Below, piece by piece: positions 46,889 through 57,112 of a stretch of DNA of 64,000 bases. The translations under genes were made by a program, and so were the position numbers. The stretch is from an uncultured Candidatus Saccharibacteria bacterium (GTDB taxonomy: Bacteria > Patescibacteriota > Minisyncoccia > Ryanbacterales > HO2-45-13). The notes beneath the pieces are model-generated. The model was not told where the DNA came from and did not search any database. It saw only the letters and a program-made list of their open reading frames with translations. Within the stretch, counting starts at the first letter, position 1. The number at the start of each line of letters is the position of its first letter. The stretch spans positions 16,088 through 80,087 of the forward strand of contig CAYHBS010000002.1 in assembly GCA_964354975.1 (NCBI GenBank). Direction: 5' to 3'.

Positions 46889-47414
46889 GATGTGTTGCTT
46901 GTCTTGCGGTCATAATAATAAGTTCTCGGATACGATCAGCGTTTGGCACGTCGCGAACTATAAAACTTTTGTCACCCGCCGTATGAATAGTGATAGTACC
47001 AAAGTGGAGCATGGTTGCAAGAAAGGTGGGCGTCTCAACGGTAACGTCCTGAATATTTTCCACGCCGAACTCTGATATTTCTCGATGAAATAAACCGCGC
47101 TGCTCAATATCAATAACGCGCTCATTCGTAAGAATCCACACGTCGAGCCAATAGAATACAAGCTCTGTTAGTAAGGTCGCGGCCAGGATAAGCCACAGGA
47201 GTGTCAGCACAAAGAGCCCGAGCGTGCTCGAAAGCGCCACGATGAGGAATGGAGAGATGCTTGCGATAGTTAATAACATAGCGGGAGGAATGATTGCGAT
47301 GAGGAGTGTGGAGACAATAGGAAGAATGAGCACCGCCCAGTGTCGATGCATAATTGTAACCACGCGTTCGGTATTGCGAAGCGTAATCATGGGGTAAGGG
47401 TAAAAGAATTCCAC
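46857..47414 (-). CDS. Membrane protein with bacterial PH (YdbT/DUF304-like) domain
   Basis: Two TM helices followed by a region typical of bPH_2 proteins (LTNERVIDIEQRGLFHREISEF...ITIHTAG). Confidence 0.5.
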   Translation of the reverse strand: MEFFYPYPMITLRNTERVVTIMHRHWAVLILPIVSTLLIAIIPPAMLLTIASISPFLIVALSSTLGLFVLTLLWLILAATLLTELVFYWLDVWILTNERVIDIEQRGLFHREISEFGVENIQDVTVETPTFLATMLHFGTITIHTAGDKSFIVRDVPNADRIRELIIMTARQATHHGGTFQVGTN

Positions 47415-47602
47415 GGAACTTGGAAAAACGCAACAATCGCAATCGCTATTATCACAGTCATCAGCGGAATCAACACGTAGAGGAGACGATGATGCGGCTC
47501 ACCGGGGACTCGATAGGTATGAAGGTGCCACAAATGAACACCAACAAACAGCACGTAGAGAAGTAGAAACATGACAAATGCGATGAGCGCAGGGGTGAAC
47601 AT
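47387..47602 (-). CDS. Small two-TM membrane protein, hypothetical
   Basis: 71 aa, two hydrophobic helices. Coupled between ruvB and the PH-domain gene. Confidence 0.35.
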   Translation of the reverse strand: MFTPALIAFVMFLLLYVLFVGVHLWHLHTYRVPGEPHHRLLYVLIPLMTVIIAIAIVAFFQVPWNSFTLTP

Positions 47603-47604
47603 GA

Positions 47605-48630
47605 TTATGAGGCAATGAGCGGGGGCTGTCCTTCGGGCAACCCTATGCCGAGGTGGGCGTATGCATGTGCGGTTGCGAGTCTGCCGCGGGGCGTGCGCTC
47701 AATAAATCCCAGTTGTAATAAGTACGGTTCATACAACTCCTCGATGGTGCTTGCGTCTTCGGATATTGCCGCCGCAAGCGTGCTGACTCCCACGGGACCC
47801 CCACGAAACTTCACGATCAGTGCTTCAAGAAGTCTACGATCTTCCGCATTCAAGCCCTGTTCATCAATATCAAGGAGTGTGAGTGCTTTTTGAGCATCCT
47901 CGGTGCCAATACGCTGACTACCCGATACCGTTGCGACGTCTCTGCAACGCTTCAGTAGTTGATTTGCGATACGCGGAGTGCGACGGCTCCGAGCGGCAAT
48001 GAGTATAATTGCATCATCATCAATCACAATATTGAGTACACGCGCAGATCTTCGCACGATACGCTCAATTTCTTTTACGTCATAAAAACTCAATCGGTAT
48101 GCTCCGCCAGAAAAACGTGAACGGAGCGGACTTGAGAGTAATCCCGCGCGCGTAGTTGCTGCAAGAAGTGTGAATGGAGGAAGATCAAGTTGTATGGTGC
48201 GCGCGGAAGGCCCCTTGCCAATAATAATATCAATAGTGCGCGACTCCATCGCGGGGTAAAGTACCTCCTCGACGAGTTTATTCATACGATGGATCTCGTC
48301 GATAAACAAAATATCTCCCGGAGAAAGATTTGTAAGGAGTGACGCAAGATCTCCCACGCGCTCAATGGCGGGGCCGGAAGTAATTTTCATTTGGGCATGC
48401 ATCTCTCGCGCAATAAGATACGCGAGTGTGGTTTTTCCAAGACCCGGAGGGCCGTAGAAGAGCACATGCTCAATTGGTTCAGATCGTGTTGCGGCGGCCT
48501 GAATTAAGATCCGAAGCGTATTCTTAATCTGTTCTTGGCCAATATATTCATCCCACGTCTGCGGACGGAGCGTCACATCGAGCGTAGATGAAAACCCAGT
48601 GGGGACGATATTATTTTCGGTGCTTGACAT
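47605..48630 (-). CDS. ruvB: Holliday junction branch-migration ATPase RuvB
   Basis: [12 protein letters not shown], Walker [12 protein letters not shown], Walker [10 protein letters not shown], and C-terminal winged helix. Confidence 0.92.
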   Translation of the reverse strand: MSSTENNIVPTGFSSTLDVTLRPQTWDEYIGQEQIKNTLRILIQAAATRSEPIEHVLFYGPPGLGKTTLAYLIAREMHAQMKITSGPAIERVGDLASLLTNLSPGDILFIDEIHRMNKLVEEVLYPAMESRTIDIIIGKGPSARTIQLDLPPFTLLAATTRAGLLSSPLRSRFSGGAYRLSFYDVKEIERIVRRSARVLNIVIDDDAIILIAARSRRTPRIANQLLKRCRDVATVSGSQRIGTEDAQKALTLLDIDEQGLNAEDRRLLEALIVKFRGGPVGVSTLAAAISEDASTIEELYEPYLLQLGFIERTPRGRLATAHAYAHLGIGLPEGQPPLIAS

Positions 48631-48876
48631 ACAGGTATAATTCTGCTAACATTATCGTAGCATATTTACTGATTCCCTCCAGAAGCCTCTAGGTAATTAA
48701 GGTTATCCTTATCTGCTCCGCTTTTAGTACATGGCTGATCTGGCGTCCCGGCTTGCCGGGAAGTGCTGGGTCATTCCTCGAAGAGGCGCTCCGTTCCGTT
48801 TCGGCGGGACAAATTACCTAGGGACTTGTAGAGGGAATTTTTTATTTTTATAGCGCCACGAGCACGGTGCGCGCAA

Positions 48877-48913
48877 CAAAAAAATATTCCAGGAATGCCT
48901 GGAATATTTTTTT
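48877..48913 (-). terminator. Palindromic rho-independent terminator (A-run / ATATTCCAGGaatgCCTGGAATAT / T-run) downstream of the GspE/PilB gene
   Basis: 10-bp perfect stem flanked by A7 and T7. It can act on either strand. Confidence 0.7.
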
Positions 48914-48941
48914 CCAATAGATTTTATTGTTTGGGAATATA

Positions 48942-50618
48942 TTATTCACTCCCCACGACGCGCACCACTTCTTCCAAGCTTGTTGCACCGGCAATCACCT
49001 TTAACATTGCGTCTTGATACATTGTGAGCATCCCTTGCGCGCGCCCTGCTTCAAAAAAATCTGCTTCAGATGGAGCGCCAAGCATGAGTCGCTCGACGGC
49101 ATCATCAATGCGAAGCGCCTCGTAGACGCCGATTCGTCCTTTATATCCAATTGTCGTACATTCTTTACATCCCGGCGCGCGCCATACGAGTATCTCTTTT
49201 GGAATAATACTCGCGTGCACCGTTGGAATACTTTGTAATGCCGTCTCAATGCGGGCGCGCTCTTCAGCGTTCGGGGCGAATGATTGTTTGCAGTGACTGC
49301 ACAGTTTACGTACCAAGCGCTGCGCAATAGCAAGATTGACCGCGGGAGCTATGATATTTGGTTTTACACCAATATCAATAAGGCGAGGAATAGTGCCCGC
49401 GGCGTTATTCGTGTGCAACGTTGAGAATACGAGGTGACCGGTCAGCGCGGCATGGAGCGCCGTTTGCGCAGTCTCTAAACTTCGGATTTCTCCAATAAGA
49501 ATCACGTCCGGATCTTGCCTTAAAATTGCCGCGAGCCCGAGTTCAAATGTGTAATGTCCCGCAGCATCTACCTGTGTTTGCGTGATGCCTTGTAAATGAT
49601 ATTCGATTGGATTTTCAATCGTGATTATCTTAATGTCAGGTGACTGGATTTTTTTGATAAATGCGTAGAGGGTGGTGGTTTTCCCTGATCCGGTGGGGCC
49701 CGTAGTAACAATCATTCCATTTGGACGCTCAAGCTCCTTACTGATGAGTTCATACACCGGGCGCTGCATTCCAAGATCTTCAAGGGTAAGGGCAATTGTT
49801 TTTGGGTTCAGGACGCGCATCACGAGGGACTCACCATATGGACCAGGGAGTGAAGAAAGGCGCACCTCAATATCCGCCTTCGCTTGACGAATGGTGAAGC
49901 GCCCATCTTGTGCGCGATCGTGCACGTTAAGTTTCAGTTCCGCGACAAGTTTGATGCGCGAGAGAAGGAGTTTGTAAATTTCATTTGGAATACTTGTCGC
50001 CCCGTGGAGTACGCCGTCGAGGCGGTAGCGAAGTACGGTATGTTTTTCTTCTTGCTCTAGGTGAATATCAGATGCATCGAGTGCGAGTGACCCCGCAAGA
50101 ATAAGCTCCAACAAGTCCGTTGCACGGAATTTCTCTGTGTTTTCTGCGGCGGTGGTGATAAGCGCGCCAAGTTCTTTAATCGATCCGACGGTAGCTTGAA
50201 ATGATCGCAAGCGATCCACAGCAATATCCACGATACCGGGCGGCGCGTCGGACGCCTCAATAATTTCAGCATAGCGATTCCACACGTGTTCGAGTGATGG
50301 AATGGACGCTAAGTAGCTATCAACTTGATACCGCTGCGTTGCGAGCGATTGTATGAGTTCGCGGACCGCAGGGAGCTCCGGATTTTTAACCGCAACGCGC
50401 AGCTTTCTTGCGACGCGCTCAAAAACAGCGACGCCAACACGTCGCGCCTCTGATTCCGGAATCAGCTTGAGCGCATCGAGATCGATTGGAATGATGCGCA
50501 AATTAATATATGGAATACTATAGCGCTCCGCCATAACCGCGGCGAGCTTCTCCGCCTCCTCTAGGTGTGTACGCTGTAGTTTTGCGTTTGTATCGTCTGA
50601 TCTCGAAAAGTCCGTCAC
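48942..50618 (-). CDS. GspE/PilB-family type II secretion / type IV pilus assembly ATPase
   Basis: N-terminal GSPII_E_N-like domain, Walker A TGPTGSGKTTTLYA, Asp box, Walker B and His box, and a C-terminal tetracysteine (CSHC...CKEC). Confidence 0.88.
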   Translation of the reverse strand: MTDFSRSDDTNAKLQRTHLEEAEKLAAVMAERYSIPYINLRIIPIDLDALKLIPESEARRVGVAVFERVARKLRVAVKNPELPAVRELIQSLATQRYQVDSYLASIPSLEHVWNRYAEIIEASDAPPGIVDIAVDRLRSFQATVGSIKELGALITTAAENTEKFRATDLLELILAGSLALDASDIHLEQEEKHTVLRYRLDGVLHGATSIPNEIYKLLLSRIKLVAELKLNVHDRAQDGRFTIRQAKADIEVRLSSLPGPYGESLVMRVLNPKTIALTLEDLGMQRPVYELISKELERPNGMIVTTGPTGSGKTTTLYAFIKKIQSPDIKIITIENPIEYHLQGITQTQVDAAGHYTFELGLAAILRQDPDVILIGEIRSLETAQTALHAALTGHLVFSTLHTNNAAGTIPRLIDIGVKPNIIAPAVNLAIAQRLVRKLCSHCKQSFAPNAEERARIETALQSIPTVHASIIPKEILVWRAPGCKECTTIGYKGRIGVYEALRIDDAVERLMLGAPSEADFFEAGRAQGMLTMYQDAMLKVIAGATSLEEVVRVVGSE

Positions 50619-51463
50619 GACTTTATTGTACCCAGTCCGAGAGTCAGCAGCAATTTACGTACGTTGCGCTCCGCTTCGGTAAACGAACCCATGTAGGGAA
50701 GCATCACGTGCGCACTACTGCGCGCAACACCCAATTGTGCAGCAATTTGTTGGAGGGTATGTTCATTACGTGAGTGCACAAGTCCTGTGACATCGCGTCC
50801 AAGTTCTTGCCAAAGCACCACAACACACTGCGGTCCTCCCGAGAGTGACTCCATCGAAGGAACGAGCGCCAGCGCATCGGTGGGACTTGATTCCGTTTTC
50901 AAAAAATCATCGGGAGAAATAAATGACCAGAGCGTGCCAAGCTCTAACTCTTCGCGCGACCTGAATAGCATTCGTGAGAGTAATTTCAGGTTTCCTGCCT
51001 TTGCAGAAGTTGCTCCAGAGCGCGCAATGGAAATATGCTTGTATGTTTTATTCGGGTACATGCGCTGAAGGGTTTCTTGTTCAGTTTCTGTATTTGGAAA
51101 TCCCACGGTGATAATCAGGTCACACTCCGGGAGCGCTTCTTCAAATGTAAAATGCTGTGTGTCGAGTTCACGGTAACTGGTGAAATAGACGGTAAGCGCG
51201 TCTCCTTTGCGTTCGTAGCGAAGCTCTTCGATCGGAATATCCGCGGTATTAACGGTGAGCGCAAAGTCACGCGGCGGGAGTTTTTCATTAAAAAGCATAT
51301 TCCAATGATCATGAGTGACTCCGGGGTTTCCAAGTAAATATCCCTTCTCCCCCGCAGCCTTTTTGACCGCAAATGCAGCAAGAAGCGCCTCGTGAGTGGG
51401 CGAAGGAGGGACGATAATACCGACAAAACGCGCCTGTTCGATGTCTCCTTTCAGATTATGCAT
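50615..51463 (-). CDS. Hypothetical protein co-transcribed upstream of the GspE/PilB ATPase
   Basis: 282 aa with no recognisable motifs. Overlaps the ATPase start by 4 nt. Confidence 0.45.
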   Translation of the reverse strand: MHNLKGDIEQARFVGIIVPPSPTHEALLAAFAVKKAAGEKGYLLGNPGVTHDHWNMLFNEKLPPRDFALTVNTADIPIEELRYERKGDALTVYFTSYRELDTQHFTFEEALPECDLIITVGFPNTETEQETLQRMYPNKTYKHISIARSGATSAKAGNLKLLSRMLFRSREELELGTLWSFISPDDFLKTESSPTDALALVPSMESLSGGPQCVVVLWQELGRDVTGLVHSRNEHTLQQIAAQLGVARSSAHVMLPYMGSFTEAERNVRKLLLTLGLGTIKS

Positions 51464-51551
51464 GGATTGCTTATACCATATATACAGAAAAAACGCAAGT
51501 GCTGTAAGGGCTTTTTGGTTTTTGGCGACTTGACAGGTTTTTCCCGGCGTG

Positions 51552-51580
51552 TTGACAAGACTTACAATTCAAGGTATAAT
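51552..51580 (+). promoter_or_regulatory. Consensus sigma70-type promoter (TTGACA-17 bp-TATAAT)
   Basis: Perfect -35 (51552-51557) and -10 (51575-51580) hexamers with 17-bp spacing, about 50 bp upstream of the 51630 start, which has the SD GAGGAGG. Confidence 0.7.
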
Positions 51581-51629
51581 TACAACAGAAATACAGAAGT
51601 CCGCCTAGGTAGGCGAGGAGGACGACAAA

Positions 51630-52277
51630 ATGATGGAAAAAATCATGGGGAAGTGGGCGTTGGGTATTTTCATCGCTGCGTTCGCCTCACAGATCGAGGC
51701 AGGGAGTAGGGCAATGAAAGCTTTGAAGAAGATCTTTGCAATGTTCATCATCGTCGCTGTGGCGATTGTAATGGTCATTGCGACGACGTCGCCGGCGGAG
51801 GCGCTTCTGGTGTGTAAGGCTCCCGGACATTGCAAGAATGTGTACGGAAGCGTGAACTCCGGTCGTAATCGGAGTTCGCGGGGCAGGAGCTACCACTACG
51901 GTAACTCCTACGATTCCGATGGGTCGTCCGGATCCATGATGGCGCTTGGCTCCAACGGAGGTGACACCGCCGTGAACCATCGCTCTAATGGCTCGCTGGT
52001 AGAGGTAAGCATTTGGCCCCCTAAGCTCTGCTTGTTGTGCTCGGAGAGCACAACCGAAGCGGCAGCCAATGATGGCGATAACGACGTGCCGCAAGGCCAG
52101 GTGATATCTGGCGGCGGACAAGTGTATTCGCGGCCATCACCAACCGTGTCACAAGCTTCCTACGCGCCACGGGACGGAAGCGTAACAACGAGTTGCGACG
52201 CGCTTGAGAGATCCTGTCAGGGTCTCGAAGGATGCGGAGCGCTTGTCGAAGAGTGCTGGGCAGAGCGGGGGCAGTAG
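51630..52277 (+). CDS. Hypothetical membrane/secreted Cys-containing protein, monocistronic
   Basis: Two N-terminal hydrophobic segments. GC-richer codon usage than its neighbours. Bracketed by a consensus promoter and a strong terminator. Confidence 0.5.
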   Translation: MMEKIMGKWALGIFIAAFASQIEAGSRAMKALKKIFAMFIIVAVAIVMVIATTSPAEALLVCKAPGHCKNVYGSVNSGRNRSSRGRSYHYGNSYDSDGSSGSMMALGSNGGDTAVNHRSNGSLVEVSIWPPKLCLLCSESTTEAAANDGDNDVPQGQVISGGGQVYSRPSPTVSQASYAPRDGSVTTSCDALERSCQGLEGCGALVEECWAERGQ

Positions 52278-52303
52278 CAATGCTACCCTCCCTAACAACT
52301 TTA

Positions 52304-52342
52304 AACGGGCGACTTCAGGAGGAAGTCGCCCGTTTTTCTTTT
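52304..52342 (+). terminator. Rho-independent terminator (CGGGCGACTTC...GAAGTCGCCCG followed by a T-run)
   Basis: 11-bp GC-rich stem with TTTTTCTTTT tail, 27 bp after the stop codon. Confidence 0.75.
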
Positions 52343-52379
52343 ATATTGAGTTCGCATTGGTACGTGGTACGCTACGCGC

Positions 52380-52844
52380 ATGCAGGTGCGTATTGCAACC
52401 ACAAAGCGATCAGATTTTACCAAAGCAGTGCGTGTTTTTTCAGATGCGTTGCTTGAGCGCGCTCCAAATGTGAAAGGGGCCCTCGTGGTATCACTCAATG
52501 GAGAGCTCGGTGCGGGAAAAACCACCTTCGTACAGGAGTTTGCGCGCACACTCGGTGCGCGCGGGCGCGTGCTTTCCCCAACCTTTATTGTGACCCGTTC
52601 ACACGAGCTTACGAATGGTCCGTGGGACATATTGCATCATGTTGATGTGTACCGATTTGAATCAACGGCGGAACTAGACCCCATTGGTTGGAAGGAAATG
52701 GTGAGTGATCCGCGCGCCGTGATGTGCGTGGAGTGGGGGTCAAAAATAAAGGCCGCACTTCCTAAAAAACGCATTGACATTTTAATTGATGGCGGCGAAA
52801 AACCAGCACATCGCAAGCTTACATTCAATTTTTATGGCCTCTAA
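52380..52844 (+). CDS. tsaE: tRNA threonylcarbamoyladenosine biosynthesis protein TsaE (YjeE)
   Basis: P-loop GELGAGKTTFVQ, SPTF motif and HVDVYR motif. Confidence 0.85.
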   Translation: MQVRIATTKRSDFTKAVRVFSDALLERAPNVKGALVVSLNGELGAGKTTFVQEFARTLGARGRVLSPTFIVTRSHELTNGPWDILHHVDVYRFESTAELDPIGWKEMVSDPRAVMCVEWGSKIKAALPKKRIDILIDGGEKPAHRKLTFNFYGL

Positions 52845-55455
52845 AAAGAAATCGACAGCGAACACGATTGTGCTTCTTGATACGCACGCGCTTATTCACC
52901 GTGCGTACCATGCGCTCCCTGACCTTCTTTCTCCCACGGGAGAGCCGGTGGGGGCGGTGTACGGAGTAGCAACGGTGCTCATGAAACTGATTAAAGAATT
53001 AAAGCCAACACACATCGCCGCGGCGTTTGATCGCGCGGAACCAACATTTCGGCATCAGGCGTACGAATCATATAAAGCGCAGCGACCAGAAATAGACGAA
53101 GCGCTCGTGCGCCAATTCGCGTCCGTACGAGAACTCGTAGCCGCGTTTAACATTCCGGTGGTGGACGCCCCAGGATTTGAAGCGGACGATATCATTGGCA
53201 CGCTCTCAAAGAAATTTGCAGATAAGGGAAGTCGCATCATCATTGCATCGGGGGATTTAGATACATTACAACTTGTAGTGGGAGACCGGGTATGTGTGTA
53301 TACGCTTCGAAAGGGAATTCAGGACACGATACTCTACGACGAAAAAGGAGTACGCGAACGATTTGGATTTGTGCCGGAACTACTCCCAGATTTTAAGGGA
53401 CTGAAAGGAGATCCATCTGACAACATCATTGGTATTAAGGGTATTGGAGAGAAAACCGCCTCTCTTCTTGTGGGAGAATATGGCGACTTGGAACACATCT
53501 ACAGGGCACTGAAAAAATTGCCGCATCCGAAGTGGTTAAAGCCGCGCATGGCGGAGCTCTTGAAGAACGGAGAAGAAGAAGCGCTATTCTCTCGCGAGCT
53601 TGCGCGTATTCGTTTTGACGCGCCGGTTGCTGTTTCCATAGATGACCTCAAGCTCCAAGTTGATACCGCACAGGTGTCTGATTTTTTTACTCGTTTTGGA
53701 TTTCGGTCATTGGTACAACGTGTGCGTGATTTGAATGGTGAGCCAAAAAAGGAATTATTGGCCGAACAGCAAACGCTTCTTCATGATGCGCGGTCCACCA
53801 CTATTGATGTGACGTCTGAAAATGAAAAAGATTTTTTTGCAGATACGGCAAAAGGAATTGTGGCAATCGCCGTTTCGGGAGATGGAGCGGTGGTCGCAAC
53901 ACAGACGAGTGAGTGGAGAGTGAATATGCTCCGTGCGGCGCGCGCATTACACGACACTCCCAATGCGTCCGATGTTGTTTTGCATGATGCAAAACCAGTA
54001 TTGAAAGCATGTCTGACCGCTGACATTGAGGTTCCTCCGTATGCGGGGGATACGACGCTCGCAGAATGGCTTATTGATCCTCAACGGCGCACGTCGGAAG
54101 CGGAAGACCTCATTACCGCGCATGCACCACATGCGCAGAGTGGTATACGAGCGTTACAAAATGTACATGAGGAACAAATAAAAAAAATCACCGCGCAATC
54201 ACTCCTTCCCATATATAAAGAGATGGAGCTACCGCTCACACCTGTACTCGCAGCGATGGAACACGTTGGGGTGCATGTGGATGTGCGCGTACTCGATGGG
54301 CTACGAAAAAGCACAGGAACACGAATCGCGGATCTAGAGGAGCGGATTATACGGTCTGCGGGGACGGAATTTAATATTCAGTCTCCAAAACAGCTCGGAG
54401 AAGTATTATTCGAAAAACTCGGGATCGGCGTAAAGGGAATTCGCAAGACGAGCACGAGCGCGCTTTCCACCGCGCAGTCCGAGCTCGAAAAAATAAAAGA
54501 TGTGCACCCAATTATTCTATTGATACTCGAATACCGAGAGCTTACAAAATTACAGAATACGTATATTTCCGCGCTTCCTGATCTTGTGGGGAGTGATGAA
54601 AAAATTCACACCACGTATCAACAAACGGGGACCGTCACGGGAAGGGTTTCCTCGCACAATCCAAATCTACAAAACATTCCCATACGCACGGATCTGGGAA
54701 TGGAAATTCGCAAAGCCTTTATTCCATCGGAGGGGTTTGTGCTCGTGTCATTTGATTATTCGCAGATTGAATTGCGTATTGCCGCAGCGCTTTCAGAAGA
54801 TTCTACTATGATGGACGCTTTTGCGCGCGGAGAGGATATTCACACCGTGACCGCCGCGCGTGTGAGCGGAGTTGATCCGAGTGTGGTGACAAAAGAAATG
54901 CGCCGTCAGGCAAAAATCATCAACTTTGGTATTCTCTTCGGGATGGGATCAACCGCACTCTCTGAACTTATGGGTACACCACGCACAGAAGCGAAAGAAT
55001 ACATGCAACGATATTTCAATGCCTTTTCTGGAATTGAGCGATATATCGAACGAACGAAAGCATTCGCGCGAAAACATGGATATGTAGAAACCGCGCTTGG
55101 GAGGAGGAGATATTTACCCGCAATCAATTCAAGGCAATTTCGCGCGTCACGAGAGGCGGAACGTATGGCAGTGAATATGCCCATTCAAGGAACGGAAGCG
55201 GACATTATCAAGCGCGCCATGATTGATATTGCGCGCGCATTTGATATTGTTCGGAGTCCTCTCGGGGATGTGCGCATGCTCCTGCAAGTGCACGACGAAT
55301 TAGTGTTTGAAATTCGTTCCGCACGCGTGAGTGATGCACTGCCGCACATTGTTGCGATTATGGAAGGTGCGTCCAAACTCTCCGTGCATATGAAAGTAGA
55401 TGTGCGCACGGGGAGTAGCTGGGGGGCGCTCGAAACATTTTCACAACACTCGTAA
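52834..55455 (+). CDS. polA: DNA polymerase I
   Basis: 5'-3' exonuclease domain (LLDTHALIHRAYHA..., GIKGIGEKTA), central 3'-5'-exo-like region, and polymerase motifs A (LVSFDYSQIELRI), B (RRQAKIINFGILFG) and C (QVHDEL). The start at ATG 52834 overlaps the tsaE stop. Confidence 0.9.
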   Translation: MASKKKSTANTIVLLDTHALIHRAYHALPDLLSPTGEPVGAVYGVATVLMKLIKELKPTHIAAAFDRAEPTFRHQAYESYKAQRPEIDEALVRQFASVRELVAAFNIPVVDAPGFEADDIIGTLSKKFADKGSRIIIASGDLDTLQLVVGDRVCVYTLRKGIQDTILYDEKGVRERFGFVPELLPDFKGLKGDPSDNIIGIKGIGEKTASLLVGEYGDLEHIYRALKKLPHPKWLKPRMAELLKNGEEEALFSRELARIRFDAPVAVSIDDLKLQVDTAQVSDFFTRFGFRSLVQRVRDLNGEPKKELLAEQQTLLHDARSTTIDVTSENEKDFFADTAKGIVAIAVSGDGAVVATQTSEWRVNMLRAARALHDTPNASDVVLHDAKPVLKACLTADIEVPPYAGDTTLAEWLIDPQRRTSEAEDLITAHAPHAQSGIRALQNVHEEQIKKITAQSLLPIYKEMELPLTPVLAAMEHVGVHVDVRVLDGLRKSTGTRIADLEERIIRSAGTEFNIQSPKQLGEVLFEKLGIGVKGIRKTSTSALSTAQSELEKIKDVHPIILLILEYRELTKLQNTYISALPDLVGSDEKIHTTYQQTGTVTGRVSSHNPNLQNIPIRTDLGMEIRKAFIPSEGFVLVSFDYSQIELRIAAALSEDSTMMDAFARGEDIHTVTAARVSGVDPSVVTKEMRRQAKIINFGILFGMGSTALSELMGTPRTEAKEYMQRYFNAFSGIERYIERTKAFARKHGYVETALGRRRYLPAINSRQFRASREAERMAVNMPIQGTEADIIKRAMIDIARAFDIVRSPLGDVRMLLQVHDELVFEIRSARVSDALPHIVAIMEGASKLSVHMKVDVRTGSSWGALETFSQHS

Positions 55456-55475
55456 AAAAGTGATATAATTGCTCC

Positions 55476-56672
55476 ATGTTCCTTGGTGAACGGCATATTC
55501 GTATGGACCGGGAGGGGAGAATCCTTCCACGGATGGGCAAGTCTCTTTTTGTCCGTCTATTCTTTTCACTGCTCTCGCTTGCATTCATTCCGATGATTCT
55601 CATCGGCCTGTTTGCATGGACAACATTTCAAGCGCTCATCAGCGCGTCAGGGGGAGTGTCGGTTTCAACCGAGCTTTCCACCAATCTCATTGCGCAGGGG
55701 ATATACATTTTTCTGTACATTCTCCTTATGGCACTCTTTCTCGCGTACGTGATGAGTCGAAGTATTACCCAATCGCTTCGTACGCTCACGGGAGCGGTGG
55801 AACAAATCACGACGGGAGACCTAGATCTCTCATTTCGTATTACACGCAAAGATGAAATTGGCATTCTGGGGCAGTTTTTTAATGATATGATTCGCAAGCT
55901 CAAAGAAGTAACGGAGCGTCAGCAATCTATTTCTAAAGTAAAATCAGAATTTATTTCAATTACTGCGCATCAACTCCGCACTCCGCTCTCGGCAATGAAG
56001 TGGGCACTCCACCTGCTTGAGGAGGGGGACCTTGGAAAAATGAACAAAAAACAAGAAGAGATTGTACGGCGTACATATGAAGAGAATGAACGGATGATTC
56101 AACTGGTCAACGATCTCTTAAATGTGGCGCGCATTGAGGAGGGGAGATTTGGATATAATTTTTCTGCATTGAATATCAATGAACTCGTTTCCTCCACAGT
56201 GAAGGAGCATGAGCTCATGGCGTCGCAAAAGAATATTGCACTTTCACTTTCACTTCCTCCGGAGCCATACACTATTTTTGCAGACAGGGAGCGACTGAAT
56301 TTGGCGCTCACAAACCTCATTCGTAACGCGCTCAACTACTCTGTAAAAGGGATGCAGGTTTCGGTAGTGATGCAAAAATTAAAAGAGGATTATATACAAG
56401 TGTCTGTTGCTGACCAGGGGCTCGGGATTGCAGATGAAGATAAAGAGAGAATTTTCTCAAAATTTTTCCGCGGCGCGAACGTCGTAAAACAAGAAACTGC
56501 AGGCAGTGGGCTCGGCCTCTTTATTACACGGAATATTGTCGCCCAGCACGGTGGATCCATTTGGTTTGAATCCGCCCTTGGGAAGGGGACTACATTCTTC
56601 TTTACCCTCCCACTCGCGAAGCGTCTCGTCCCTCCCTCGGAGCACGCTCCAGTAGAAACAGCGGGGATATAG
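55476..56672 (+). CDS. Sensor histidine kinase (2 TM, HAMP, HisKA, HATPase_c)
   Basis: TM helices, HAMP (LRTLTGAVEQITTGDLD), H-box (ITAHQLRTPLSAMKWAL), and N, G1, G2 boxes (LIRNALNYS, DQGLGI, GSGLGL). Confidence 0.85.
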   Translation: MFLGERHIRMDREGRILPRMGKSLFVRLFFSLLSLAFIPMILIGLFAWTTFQALISASGGVSVSTELSTNLIAQGIYIFLYILLMALFLAYVMSRSITQSLRTLTGAVEQITTGDLDLSFRITRKDEIGILGQFFNDMIRKLKEVTERQQSISKVKSEFISITAHQLRTPLSAMKWALHLLEEGDLGKMNKKQEEIVRRTYEENERMIQLVNDLLNVARIEEGRFGYNFSALNINELVSSTVKEHELMASQKNIALSLSLPPEPYTIFADRERLNLALTNLIRNALNYSVKGMQVSVVMQKLKEDYIQVSVADQGLGIADEDKERIFSKFFRGANVVKQETAGSGLGLFITRNIVAQHGGSIWFESALGKGTTFFFTLPLAKRLVPPSEHAPVETAGI

Positions 56673-56712
56673 ACGACTTCCACGCGCGGGTGTTAACCTA
56701 TACCTAATCATT

Positions 56713-57108
56713 ATGACGGTACCAACAGATAAAATCACCATTCTTCTTGTAGAAGATGATAAGTTTCTTCGCGATCTCATCTCTGGCAAATTAAAACAAG
56801 AAGGGTACACCGTGGTGGAAGGAGTGGATGGAGATGAGGGGCTTCGACTCCTCAAAGAGAAACAACCATCCATCGTATTACTTGATCTTGTGATTCCGGG
56901 AATTGACGGATTCGAACTCCTCAAGACCGCGAAAGGGGACACATCCGTCAGCGCTATCCCTATCATCGTGCTCTCGAATCTCGGAGCCAAAGAAGACATC
57001 GACAAAGCAATGGCACTCGGTGCGCATGATTTTCTTGTGAAAGCACACTACACTCCCGCAGAGATTGTGCAGACGGTGAAGGACATTATACAAAAGGCGT
57101 ACAACTAA
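56713..57108 (+). CDS. Single-domain response regulator (CheY-like receiver)
   Basis: LLVEDD...phospho-acceptor LLDLVIPG...SNLGAK...KAHY, with no output domain. Confidence 0.8.
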   Translation: MTVPTDKITILLVEDDKFLRDLISGKLKQEGYTVVEGVDGDEGLRLLKEKQPSIVLLDLVIPGIDGFELLKTAKGDTSVSAIPIIVLSNLGAKEDIDKAMALGAHDFLVKAHYTPAEIVQTVKDIIQKAYN

Positions 57109-57112
57109 CCAC

